Virus record (IMG/VR): IMGVR_UViG_3300012979_000034
Coordinates: 18,405 to 82,404 of that record
Strand: one strand, 5' to 3'
Source: a virus
Lineage: Duplodnaviria; Caudoviricetes
DNA: 64,000 bases
The notes beneath the pieces were generated by a model that ran no database searches, was not told where the DNA came from, and was given only the letters and a program-made list of their open reading frames with translations. The translations under genes and the position numbers were made by a program. This document shows, one piece after another, positions 56,265-64,000 of the stretch. Each line of letters opens with the position of its first letter. Position 1 is the first letter of the stretch.

Positions 56265-57754
56265 CTTGGTGTCACAATTATATTTAATTTTCCTTTCCGT
56301 ATGTGGTTACATATGGCTTTACCCATAATATCATCATCAGAGTATACTTCAGTCTCTAAATCTATATCACCAGAAGTATTACTACGGTGTTTACCCATAG
56401 CAACCGGTCTACCCAAACTGTCATATATAAAGGTATAAGCCTCTTGGACAAAGAACGGATCTTTAACTGTTATATTACCCTCTCGAATATCTTGTTCTAG
56501 ACCACCAATAATAACTGAACGGTTTTTATTAGTTGTTAACCATCCCGGGCTTTTATCTACCTCAGGACGACTCTTACCTTTTTTCTTAAGCATCTTCTGA
56601 TAGTAATATAATTTTGGATACCCCTCAGTTTGAAGGAAAGATGTAACTGCTAAACCAACATCATTGGATTCTGGAGCTATTGTAGCATAATTATACAAAG
56701 TACCCACATCACCCAATAACTTACCATATTGATCTACCGGCATACGACCTTTATAGATAGCTTGCTCATCACCAAACCTATCCATACATGTAAATGAAGA
56801 GTAGTCGGTTGCTCTACCAGTTGCTACGTCAGCTCCAATAAAATATTCTTTATCTGGTTCTGGTTCAGTATATTGTCTATACTGACCATTATACCTTTGC
56901 TTAATAGCAGGATAATCTGATAAGCAGTCTTCAATAGCTTTGATATCTGTAAGATCAAATACAGATGAACCAGAGCTTAAGAAGTCTCCATCTATCTCCT
57001 GGGCAGTCCTCTTTGGTCCTAGTGCAGTTGACATCTCTTTATACCACTTCTCATCTCTCTCTGGGTGCATTTGCCAATAAAGACGAAGTGGATTAAAGAT
57101 GTTACCACCAGATAAAGAGTCTACCCAAGTAGAATGATAGAAATTACCTATACCATAGGGAGTAGAATTTACTATTGCAGAACCACCAGTAGAAAGTGTA
57201 GGGAAAGCTGCTGCCCAAATCTGAGAAGCCCATCTAACTATAGCTGCCTCATCAATAACTAGTAATGAAAGAGATTCAGAACGACCTGCTTCTGATGATG
57301 TTGGTATAGACTCTATAAAAGAACCATTAGAAAACTCCATCAATGATGATGAACCGAATTCTCCAGCTCTACCGTTAATAATGGGTGTTTGTAAATACCA
57401 AGGAAGATTCTTATACATATACTTGATCTTCTTTAGTACTTTCTTAGCTGTAGTATCTTTAATAGAGATAATGTTTATCTTCTTATTAGGGTGATACATA
57501 GCTAACCATAAACAGAACATAGAGATTAACTCCGTAATACCAGCTTGTCTAAACTTTAGGATAATGTTAAACCTTTTAGCTAAAAACTGATATAGTACTG
57601 ATTTCTGATATGGGTATAGATCAAACTTTACCTTACCTCGTACTGGGTGAACTACATAAATGAAGGTGCTGAAGAAGAAAATATCCTTGCAAACAGTAGC
57701 AAGGATTTTTAGTTGGTCTTTTGTTATTCCAACTGGTGTTTCTACTTTAGCCAT
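56261..57754 (-). CDS. terL: Terminase large subunit
   Basis: LYPYQ, KFRQAGIT, LVIDEAA, STPYG, GADVATG, ESNDVG and DDDIMG motifs. Confidence 0.92.
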   Translation of the reverse strand: MAKVETPVGITKDQLKILATVCKDIFFFSTFIYVVHPVRGKVKFDLYPYQKSVLYQFLAKRFNIILKFRQAGITELISMFCLWLAMYHPNKKINIISIKDTTAKKVLKKIKYMYKNLPWYLQTPIINGRAGEFGSSSLMEFSNGSFIESIPTSSEAGRSESLSLLVIDEAAIVRWASQIWAAAFPTLSTGGSAIVNSTPYGIGNFYHSTWVDSLSGGNIFNPLRLYWQMHPERDEKWYKEMSTALGPKRTAQEIDGDFLSSGSSVFDLTDIKAIEDCLSDYPAIKQRYNGQYRQYTEPEPDKEYFIGADVATGRATDYSSFTCMDRFGDEQAIYKGRMPVDQYGKLLGDVGTLYNYATIAPESNDVGLAVTSFLQTEGYPKLYYYQKMLKKKGKSRPEVDKSPGWLTTNKNRSVIIGGLEQDIREGNITVKDPFFVQEAYTFIYDSLGRPVAMGKHRSNTSGDIDLETEVYSDDDIMGKAICNHIRKGKLNIIVTPR

Positions 57755-58363
57755 TTATTTTTTGAACTTATAGGTTATTGTTGCCTCTAAGTCTAAATTC
57801 GGTTTATTATTAAACTTTGGATAATAAGAAGAATTCAGGCTTAGTTTATAATTAAGCCTGGTAGTCTCGAATAATATACCTCCAGATAAATCATACAGGT
57901 TATTAAAGGGTCTTATACTAGCTTCTATAAACGGGTATAAGTTTAAACGACGATTTTTGGTATAAGTCATAACACCGTTTGAATAAGAATACTTGTACTT
58001 ATCTAAGTTTATCCTATACAACTCCTTACTGTAAACTGAGTCATTTTTCAAAAAACTCAGACTTATCTGGTTATTCTTTAATTCTAAACCCAACAGTGAA
58101 TCTATAAAACATTTCATCAGAGAATCCTCATCAACCATCATATCTTTGTAAATGATAACTCTCTCAGGTATTAATCTCTCTTTGTATTTTACTACCTCAA
58201 TTGGTTTATCAATAAAAACTGTATCTGTTTTGCTTATAATGGTTGGAGGTAAGTTTTCGATACCATTCATAAACTGGTTTAACCTATATACCCTGAAACC
58301 AAGATATATAGATAAAACCAGTAGAATGGTTGAAAGTATGAATAAGAATAATGTCTTCATCAT
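57755..58363 (-). CDS. Membrane-anchored protein, spanin-like (putative)
   Basis: N-terminal TM, KTDTVFID linker, C-terminal amphipathic beta strands ending ATITYKFKK. Confidence 0.45.
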   Translation of the reverse strand: MMKTLFLFILSTILLVLSIYLGFRVYRLNQFMNGIENLPPTIISKTDTVFIDKPIEVVKYKERLIPERVIIYKDMMVDEDSLMKCFIDSLLGLELKNNQISLSFLKNDSVYSKELYRINLDKYKYSYSNGVMTYTKNRRLNLYPFIEASIRPFNNLYDLSGGILFETTRLNYKLSLNSSYYPKFNNKPNLDLEATITYKFKK

Positions 58364-58532
58364 TGTTTAGTTCGAATCAATGTATTATAGTCTGAGGGTT
58401 ATTTGAGACAAGAGACCAGGCTCTAGAAAACCTTTATTAGGAAAACCATTAAAAGAAAGGTTAATTTAGAAAGTATATATAGATTAATCCTAAATCCTAT
58501 AATCCTAACTATTTTTTACTTACGTAAAAAAA

Positions 58533-58555
58533 TAAACACTACTTAGTAGTGTTTA
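58533..58555. repeat. 11-1-11 palindrome
   Basis: TAAACACTACT-T-AGTAGTGTTTA. Confidence 0.85.
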
Positions 58556-58599
58556 ATAGAAGAAGTTATATAATAGCGCGCATACGTACGAATACTTCG

Positions 58600-59607
58600 T
58601 TAACTGTTAACTTTTTGGATTTTCCTTAAACACTTTTTAAACCATATACCTACTTCTCCAACAGCCCCCTTAGCTATCGTATATCTAGCTTTATTCAACC
58701 AGTATAGATATTGACTTTCATCCATGTATATCTTAAATTTTTTGGAAAATCCCATTATTTCTAGATAATCCTCTATACCTAATGGCCATCCATCTGGTCT
58801 AAATTGTCTATCTGCAGGTCTTAGGGTTAATGGTGGTCTATTACCCTCTAACCTATATACTCCTGGCAAGGTTTGCATTTTAGCTGTTTTGATAGGCCAC
58901 TTCTTTTCATGTTTAAAATCCTTTACCCACAGATCTCTTATCTTTTTAACTGTTAATGTAGTTTTATCAGGGAGTTTACGATAATCATACATAGCTAGTG
59001 TTTTATCCAAAGGAGGCATAAAATTCTTACCAAAAGCTGGTTTTAATAAATCACTAGTGATTTTTAAATCATGTACTTGAAATTTCCTATCAAAAGCTTT
59101 AAGATACTCTGGTGCTTTAGTTAAATGTACCCCTATTATCATCAATCTTTTCCTTGAAAGTTGTGAATTACCAAACTCTGCTACTGATGAAGTATGATAT
59201 ACTAGCTTATAATCTGAAAATGTGTTCTCAAAAAACTTTTCTGGCATCAGTGACAGTAGTTTTGGTAGGTTTTCAAGTAAAAATATACCAGGTTTGTACA
59301 TCATTATAGCTTCAAACACCAGATTTAGACTCTTATTTTCCTCTGGATTACCCAAAATTTTCACTTTTGACAGTCTCATAGTACTAGAAGCTCCACAATC
59401 TGGTGAACTAAGTATGATATCTGGTTCCCAATTTGGGTCTAAACCACCCTTTAAGAACGGTACATCACCAAAATTTAGCTTCCACTGCTCTTCATTAGCC
59501 GTATGAAACACTGCTCTTGGTTCAACATTAGCTATTAAATTCTTCCTAAACGGAAATAATAGAGCTCCTTGCCCTGCTGATACACCCAAAACTTTCATCT
59601 TTTTCAT
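58600..59607 (-). CDS. Divergent DNA cytosine-C5 methyltransferase homologue
   Basis: Motif I SAGQG, IV SPDCG, VI ENL, VIII QLSRKR, X AKGAV. Confidence 0.7.
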   Translation of the reverse strand: MKKMKVLGVSAGQGALLFPFRKNLIANVEPRAVFHTANEEQWKLNFGDVPFLKGGLDPNWEPDIILSSPDCGASSTMRLSKVKILGNPEENKSLNLVFEAIMMYKPGIFLLENLPKLLSLMPEKFFENTFSDYKLVYHTSSVAEFGNSQLSRKRLMIIGVHLTKAPEYLKAFDRKFQVHDLKITSDLLKPAFGKNFMPPLDKTLAMYDYRKLPDKTTLTVKKIRDLWVKDFKHEKKWPIKTAKMQTLPGVYRLEGNRPPLTLRPADRQFRPDGWPLGIEDYLEIMGFSKKFKIYMDESQYLYWLNKARYTIAKGAVGEVGIWFKKCLRKIQKVNS

Positions 59608-60212
59608 TGTACACCTCTTGTTTTATATGAATTATAGGCTGCTTTTAATCTATTGTGGTAATTATTAGCAGTATATGACGGTCCATTGTAAGCTCTAGCA
59701 AAAGCTATCCAATTCTTACTTCTCAAATGTACCATTAAACCCTGAGAATTGATAAAATTGAAGAATAATACTACTTGATCTGCTGCACTTCTATACATAC
59801 TATTTACGAATTCCTGAAGTGAATCACAACCACAAGCTCTATAATTAAATCCCATAATTTGGAACATTCCAAAAGAAGTAGATTGAAGAGCACAGTCCCT
59901 GTCTATTTTAGCTGCTGGAGTCAATCTTTTATCATGTTCTGCTAAACCACCGAGATAATGTACCCTAGTCCACTGTTTATAAATCAGAGTTGGATATTGC
60001 AAAGCTAACTTTTGTACCTTATCTTCACCATATTTTTGCTTCAAAAGTTTATAAAATACATGACCTTCGAACAATATCTGTGGTCTACCATCACTTAAGA
60101 AACCAGATCTATTACCAGATTCAACTTCTTGAACAGCTTTTACTACAGCTACTTCTATACTATACTTACGTGATAGATCTTCTATCACTTTTTCATAATC
60201 TATGTTTTTCAT
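59604..60212 (-). CDS. Endolysin, N-acetylmuramidase (DUF3380-like)
   Basis: AVQEVESG, ILFEGHVF, SFGMFQIMGFN and FARAYNG motifs. Confidence 0.9.
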   Translation of the reverse strand: MKNIDYEKVIEDLSRKYSIEVAVVKAVQEVESGNRSGFLSDGRPQILFEGHVFYKLLKQKYGEDKVQKLALQYPTLIYKQWTRVHYLGGLAEHDKRLTPAAKIDRDCALQSTSFGMFQIMGFNYRACGCDSLQEFVNSMYRSAADQVVLFFNFINSQGLMVHLRSKNWIAFARAYNGPSYTANNYHNRLKAAYNSYKTRGVQ

Positions 60213-60249
60213 ACAATCTCATTTAAAGTTATTTAATTAAAACCAATGA

Positions 60250-60261
60250 GTATTGCAATAC
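60250..60261. promoter_or_regulatory. 12-bp palindrome in the divergent late/early intergenic region (possible operator)
   Basis: GTATTGCAATAC. Confidence 0.35.
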
Positions 60262-60318
60262 CTAGTTTCTAGCAAATCCCAATAACTATATGAAATAAAT
60301 TATTAAACTCGTTGAATT

Positions 60319-60810
60319 ATGGAAGAATTATGTAAAATTTGTGGTAAGCCCACTAATTTAGATGCTTTTGAACCAACACTTGTAATACCAAGGATTATGA
60401 AAGCTATGGGCCTATGTTTTTCATGTGCTCTTTGGACACGTAGGATAGTTTTAGATACAGATTCTAAAGAGGGTGATTCTGGTATTATACCAGTAATAAT
60501 ATCTGGTACTCATTATAGCTTTGATAAGAATCATGCTATTATTGGTATAAGTTCTCAAAATGGTTTAACATGGACACAGCTTTCTAATATGCAACATATC
60601 CTTATGTTTGACGGTACTCTGTATGCTACAAATAACCTATGGTACCAGGGTAAGATACCAAAGCATTTTCTAAAACATGAGCGTCTGCAGGATAATGCCA
60701 TGTTCATATCGCCATCTACATATCTAGAACTATCTCAACTCAAAGAGTTTACACAAACTGGTCACCTTCCAGCAGAAATTATTAAAAATTTATTAGAAAA
60801 TAATCAATAA
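60319..60810 (+). CDS. Hypothetical protein with N-terminal CxxC...CxxC
   Basis: CKIC and CFSC; first plus-strand gene. Confidence 0.6.
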   Translation: MEELCKICGKPTNLDAFEPTLVIPRIMKAMGLCFSCALWTRRIVLDTDSKEGDSGIIPVIISGTHYSFDKNHAIIGISSQNGLTWTQLSNMQHILMFDGTLYATNNLWYQGKIPKHFLKHERLQDNAMFISPSTYLELSQLKEFTQTGHLPAEIIKNLLENNQ

Positions 60811-60825
60811 TTAAAATAAAATTAC

Positions 60826-60833
60826 TATCTTTG
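60826..60833 (+). promoter_or_regulatory. Bacteroidota-type -7 promoter element
   Basis: TATCTTTG(CA) 25 nt upstream of ATG 60859; no -33 TTTG. Confidence 0.55.
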
Positions 60834-60858
60834 CATAAAATATCAATAAAAAGAATAT

Positions 60859-61248
60859 ATGAAAAAAACTTTACAAACCCGATTAGAAGTAGGAGAAACC
60901 CTACTATGTTATGACAACAACTCTATAGTTGAAAAGGTTAGTGTAGAATCTGTAGATAAAAAGGCTAAGCTGGCTACATTGAGTAATCAGGTAGTTATTT
61001 CCAGATACCCAGATAAAGATGGTTACTTTGCTAAAGAGGGCAAAGGTAATTACATTATATGCAGATGGGATGAAGAAGTAGAAAGGTTCTATACTTGTAA
61101 AATTGCTCGCTCTAGAGTTTTACACTTTATATCAACTATTCAGGTTGGCTTATTAAATCGTACTTCAGATTTATTACATGCTAGTCAGGAAGACATAGAT
61201 AAACTCATTAAACTAAATAAATATCTAACTAAAGTATTGGAAAAATGA
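60859..61248 (+). CDS. Hypothetical protein
   Basis: 129-aa ORF downstream of the promoter element. Confidence 0.6.
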   Translation: MKKTLQTRLEVGETLLCYDNNSIVEKVSVESVDKKAKLATLSNQVVISRYPDKDGYFAKEGKGNYIICRWDEEVERFYTCKIARSRVLHFISTIQVGLLNRTSDLLHASQEDIDKLIKLNKYLTKVLEK

Positions 61249-61412
61249 TTTTCTTAATTATTATCTACCTATTATCCCTGGTACCATCATTTATTATAAC
61301 ACCAAGGGTTTATCAGAACCATCCACTTAACTGGAACATCTGTTTAGTATTCTTATCAGTATGGCTAGTAATGCCAGTATTTATAATACTAAAATTAATG
61401 AAACTTATTTAA
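61245..61412 (+). CDS. 55-aa two-TM membrane protein, not in the ORF track
   Basis: MIFLIIIYLLSLVPSFII...VWLVMPVFIILKLMKLI*; ATGA overlap. Confidence 0.5.
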   Translation: MIFLIIIYLLSLVPSFIITPRVYQNHPLNWNICLVFLSVWLVMPVFIILKLMKLI

Positions 61413-61575
61413 AGGGTGCCCACCGATTATTTTAGCATATCTAAGTTTATTTAAATGCTAGTTTGCATATAAAATCTTAGATATGCTTTTCTTATGTTTC
61501 TAGATTTATACACTAAGGTCTATTATTTAATGAAAGCCCGGTTTGTTGTTTGTTGAATTTAAGAAATATAAGGTA

Positions 61576-61794
61576 ATGAGAAGATTTTATGATTTCAAAG
61601 AGGTAAATCGTCAAGAACCAGATAAGATAGTTAGTACTGTTAAAGTTTGGATGAGAACTAGAGGTAAGTTAGAAAAAGAGATTGCTGCCTATGAACGGGA
61701 GGCTACTTCTGGAGACTATGAAAATTTGATAAAAATATCACAGGCTATGGCAGATAAGTTAAATGCTGAAGCTAGGGATATGGATATTGATTAA
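61576..61794 (+). CDS. Hypothetical protein
   Basis: Likely start is ATG 61576 (MRRFYDF); the track start is 61543. Confidence 0.55.
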   Translation: MRRFYDFKEVNRQEPDKIVSTVKVWMRTRGKLEKEIAAYEREATSGDYENLIKISQAMADKLNAEARDMDID

Positions 61795-61929
61795 TTAATT
61801 GTATGGTTATTTGGGGGAGGTGTCCATTATTTATTAACCCAATTTAGTGTTAGTTAACATAATTACCTTATCTCGAATCACATGGATCAGCCTCCCCTAT
61901 AACCATTAACCCTTAAAAATTTTAAAAAT

Positions 61930-62160
61930 ATGATTTGGTTTTTTATCTGGTTAACTGGTTTTATAGTAGGTACTGCTTTAAATTTAGCAGGTTTTATGCT
62001 AGAGTATGGTAACTCTAACATTAAGACTAAGGTTATTCTGAGTATCATTTTTGGAATCTTTTCCTGGGTAATGATTTTACAGTGTATATTAATGGTTATT
62101 ATTGATAGAGTACTCAAGGCTTTAAATATATCCCTAAAATCTAATAAAAATAATGTATGA
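61930..62160 (+). CDS. Two-TM membrane protein
   Basis: Two hydrophobic helices. Confidence 0.55.
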   Translation: MIWFFIWLTGFIVGTALNLAGFMLEYGNSNIKTKVILSIIFGIFSWVMILQCILMVIIDRVLKALNISLKSNKNNV

Positions 62161-62315
62161 CAAGGTTGACTAAACAGAATATAAGATACAGGGAGGATGA
62201 AGCTTATAGAGAAAAGAAAAAAGCTGATGCTAGGAGAAGATATTGGGAAAAGAAAAAAGCCATAGAAGAACTGGTTTTCATTAAAAAACGTATGTGGGGT
62301 ATCAGCTTTAACTAA
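62157..62315 (+). CDS. 52-aa basic protein, not in the ORF track
   Basis: MTRLTKQNIRYREDEAYREKKKADARRRYWEKKK...FN*; ATGA overlap. Confidence 0.5.
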   Translation: MTRLTKQNIRYREDEAYREKKKADARRRYWEKKKAIEELVFIKKRMWGISFN

Positions 62316-62337
62316 AATAGAATTAAAGTAAAACACT

Positions 62338-62436
62338 ATGAAAATATTTCTTACCATCCTTGGGGTTTTATTCGTGGGATCTCTAATATCCTTTTATATC
62401 GAATACAAGAAAGCCCCTACTGAAAAAGATGATTAA
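62338..62436 (+). CDS. 32-aa single-TM microprotein, not in the ORF track
   Basis: MKIFLTILGVLFVGSLISFYIEYKKAPTEKDD*. Confidence 0.45.
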   Translation: MKIFLTILGVLFVGSLISFYIEYKKAPTEKDD

Positions 62437-62459
62437 TCTTTAATTATAAATAAATAAAC

Positions 62460-63368
62460 ATGAAAGTAGTACATTCAAGTTTTGAGATTTGGGGTTCAGA
62501 CCATTATGATCTTATTTCCCAATATAGACACATAGAAAGAGTCGGCAGAGTATGTTATAAGTCCGAGGATAAAATTACGGATATCTCATATGAGGGCTTT
62601 ATTTCTCGACTTAAAAAATCACAGCATTATGCAATGCTGGAGCACGGAACTTTATATTTAAAAATGTCTTTTGATTTACCGCTAGTAGATTTCTTCTTGT
62701 ATAATAAATATTCTCATGTAAATGATAACTATGATAAATCTAGAAAACACTGGGCATATATTACCACTAACCTGAGGGTATGTATTGAAAATAACCTGGA
62801 TATGGATAAGCTCAAGTGGTATATGGTAAACCCATCTGAATACCATGAGAAGAGGGTTACTGTACACTTTATTTGTGATAGAGGAGTAAGTCATGAGTTT
62901 GTTCGTCACAGGGTATTCTCCTTTGCCCAGGAATCCACTAGGTACTGCAATTACCAAAAGGGGAAATTTAATTCTGAAATTACCTATATTGTACCTACCT
63001 GGTTGCATTCCTATGTTCCTGAAGGTACTGTAGAGTTTAAGAACCCGGGATATATGATCAAGAGAGGTAATTATATTGGTCCCTGGGTTACTGAACATGA
63101 TAGGGAAGTAGAGTTCTTTAAAGCTCTAGAAGCTTGTGAGGATTCTTACCTTAAGATGATAGGTATGGGATGTTTACCTCAAGAGGCTAGGCAGGTTTTA
63201 CCAAATGCCTTGAAGACTGAATTGGTGATGACTGGGTTTATTAAGGACTGGAAACACTTCTTTGATTTGAGGGCTTTGGGTACTACTGGTAAACCTCATC
63301 CTGATGCTAGGGCTTTGGCTTTACCTTTATATAAGACCTTTGAAGAGAGGGGTTTAATTAAAGTATGA
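62460..63368 (+). CDS. thyX: Flavin-dependent thymidylate synthase
   Basis: RGVSHEFVRHR-x5-QESTRY signature; QEARQVLP and WKHFFDLR motifs. Confidence 0.93.
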   Translation: MKVVHSSFEIWGSDHYDLISQYRHIERVGRVCYKSEDKITDISYEGFISRLKKSQHYAMLEHGTLYLKMSFDLPLVDFFLYNKYSHVNDNYDKSRKHWAYITTNLRVCIENNLDMDKLKWYMVNPSEYHEKRVTVHFICDRGVSHEFVRHRVFSFAQESTRYCNYQKGKFNSEITYIVPTWLHSYVPEGTVEFKNPGYMIKRGNYIGPWVTEHDREVEFFKALEACEDSYLKMIGMGCLPQEARQVLPNALKTELVMTGFIKDWKHFFDLRALGTTGKPHPDARALALPLYKTFEERGLIKV

Positions 63369-63490
63369 GGTAAACTATTTAATATTGCATTAATTACATT
63401 TGTTAATATTCTCCCTTAATTTCTTTAAACATATCCAGCGGGATATGATTTCTAGAAGGTAGTGTTTTCAATTCGTAACATTAGACTTGT

Positions 63491-63525
63491 AATCCAGGCC
63501 GTTGGGAAACGTTCTGGATTTTTTT
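63491..63525 (+). terminator. Terminator downstream of thyX
   Basis: AATCCAG...CTGGATT stem followed by a T run. Confidence 0.7.
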
Positions 63526-63669
63526 ATGTGTCCTTGCTTGCATTGTTCCTTGCCTTCCCAGGGGGCTTTGGGATCCCCTTAATACGAGGCTTCAAAAGTT
63601 GTGGCAGTTAAAGGGGGGTACGGTATGCTTTAAATAATTATGTCCCTATTAAAAAATAAGGGACAAAAA

Positions 63670-63705
63670 AAATAGGTTTAAACCTATTAAGATTTAAACC
63701 TATTT
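63670..63705. repeat. Palindrome plus direct repeat forming alternative hairpins
   Basis: AATAGGTTTAAACCTATT palindrome at 63671-63688; TTTAAACCTATT repeated at 63677 and 63693. Confidence 0.8.
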
Positions 63706-64000
63706 AATAAAGAGATTTAAGTATAATTTGTACAGTAAATTACTCCTTTATTTTTTAGAGCTATTCTTTTTTTAATTTTATGTACAGGATTCTCTTTTAT
63801 AAATTTTTTTAGCTCTTCTAATGTTTTATTAGATGCTCCCGTTACGTCTAAAACAATTTCGTTTTTCATACCTAAAATAAAACTAAATATAAAAAAGCAA
63901 AAATGAATATCTCTATTAAAATAATTACTATAAATGAGTAAATAAAATTTTTATCCATATAGCATATATTTTAAATAAAACTAAAAAGAAAAAAAGAACA

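Noticed and set aside
61459-61466. TAGTTTGC as a host promoter
   Set aside because: One base short of TAnnTTTG spacing.
61887-62357. 156-aa minus-strand ORF
   Set aside because: Antisense to three tightly coupled plus-strand small genes.
63455-63520. tRNA-like GACTTGTAATC segment (also GTTCGAATC at 58370)
   Set aside because: No acceptor stem or D/T arm cloverleaf; the first overlaps a terminator.
63580-63592. TAATACGA, T7-promoter-like
   Set aside because: Only 8 nt match, and no single-subunit RNAP is present in the window.
1-64000. Stop-codon reassignment
   Set aside because: The standard code gives near-complete coding density, and TAA, TAG and TGA all end genes at sensible positions.
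1-64000. CRISPR array, integrase, transposase or diversity-generating retroelement
   Set aside because: No spaced direct repeats, recombinase, reverse transcriptase or TR/VR pair was seen; a long degenerate repeat could be missed by eye.

Overview
64 kb of a large AT-rich (roughly 30% GC) contractile-tailed dsDNA phage genome. The host is most likely a Bacteroidota member, judged from TTTG-N20-TAnnTTTG promoters and AT-rich, SD-less start regions. Layout: (i) <1-22.4 kb, minus strand: transcription, recombination, replication and nucleotide module (HTH protein, NusG paralogue, resolvase, SbcCD, flap nuclease, RecA, SSB, GroES, family A polymerase, two ThyA-fold paralogues, two unrelated dNTP pyrophosphatases, SF2 helicase, primase, DnaB). 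(ii) A lone plus-strand sigma-like gene. (iii) 23.4-60.2 kb, minus strand: late module (endolysin, divergent C5-MTase, spanin-like protein, TerL, portal, protease/scaffold, capsid, neck, mosaic fibre cassette, Cys-rich/membrane operon, sheath, tube, frameshifted chaperone, tape measure, baseplate). (iv) 60.3-63.4 kb, plus strand: small genes and thyX, followed by an AT-rich non-coding end. The strongest lead is a probable cytosine-modification pathway: tandem ThyA-fold genes, both with the dCMP-type Asp, a gp56-like pyrophosphatase, a kinase and an atypical late C5-MTase, while dTMP is supplied separately by ThyX. Other leads are an uncharacterised Cys-rich/membrane operon, a phage NusG paralogue, a recoded patch with an overlapping ORF in the primase, and a baseplate hub split by a 20-nt duplication. 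All function calls come from motif reading by eye; no searches were run.
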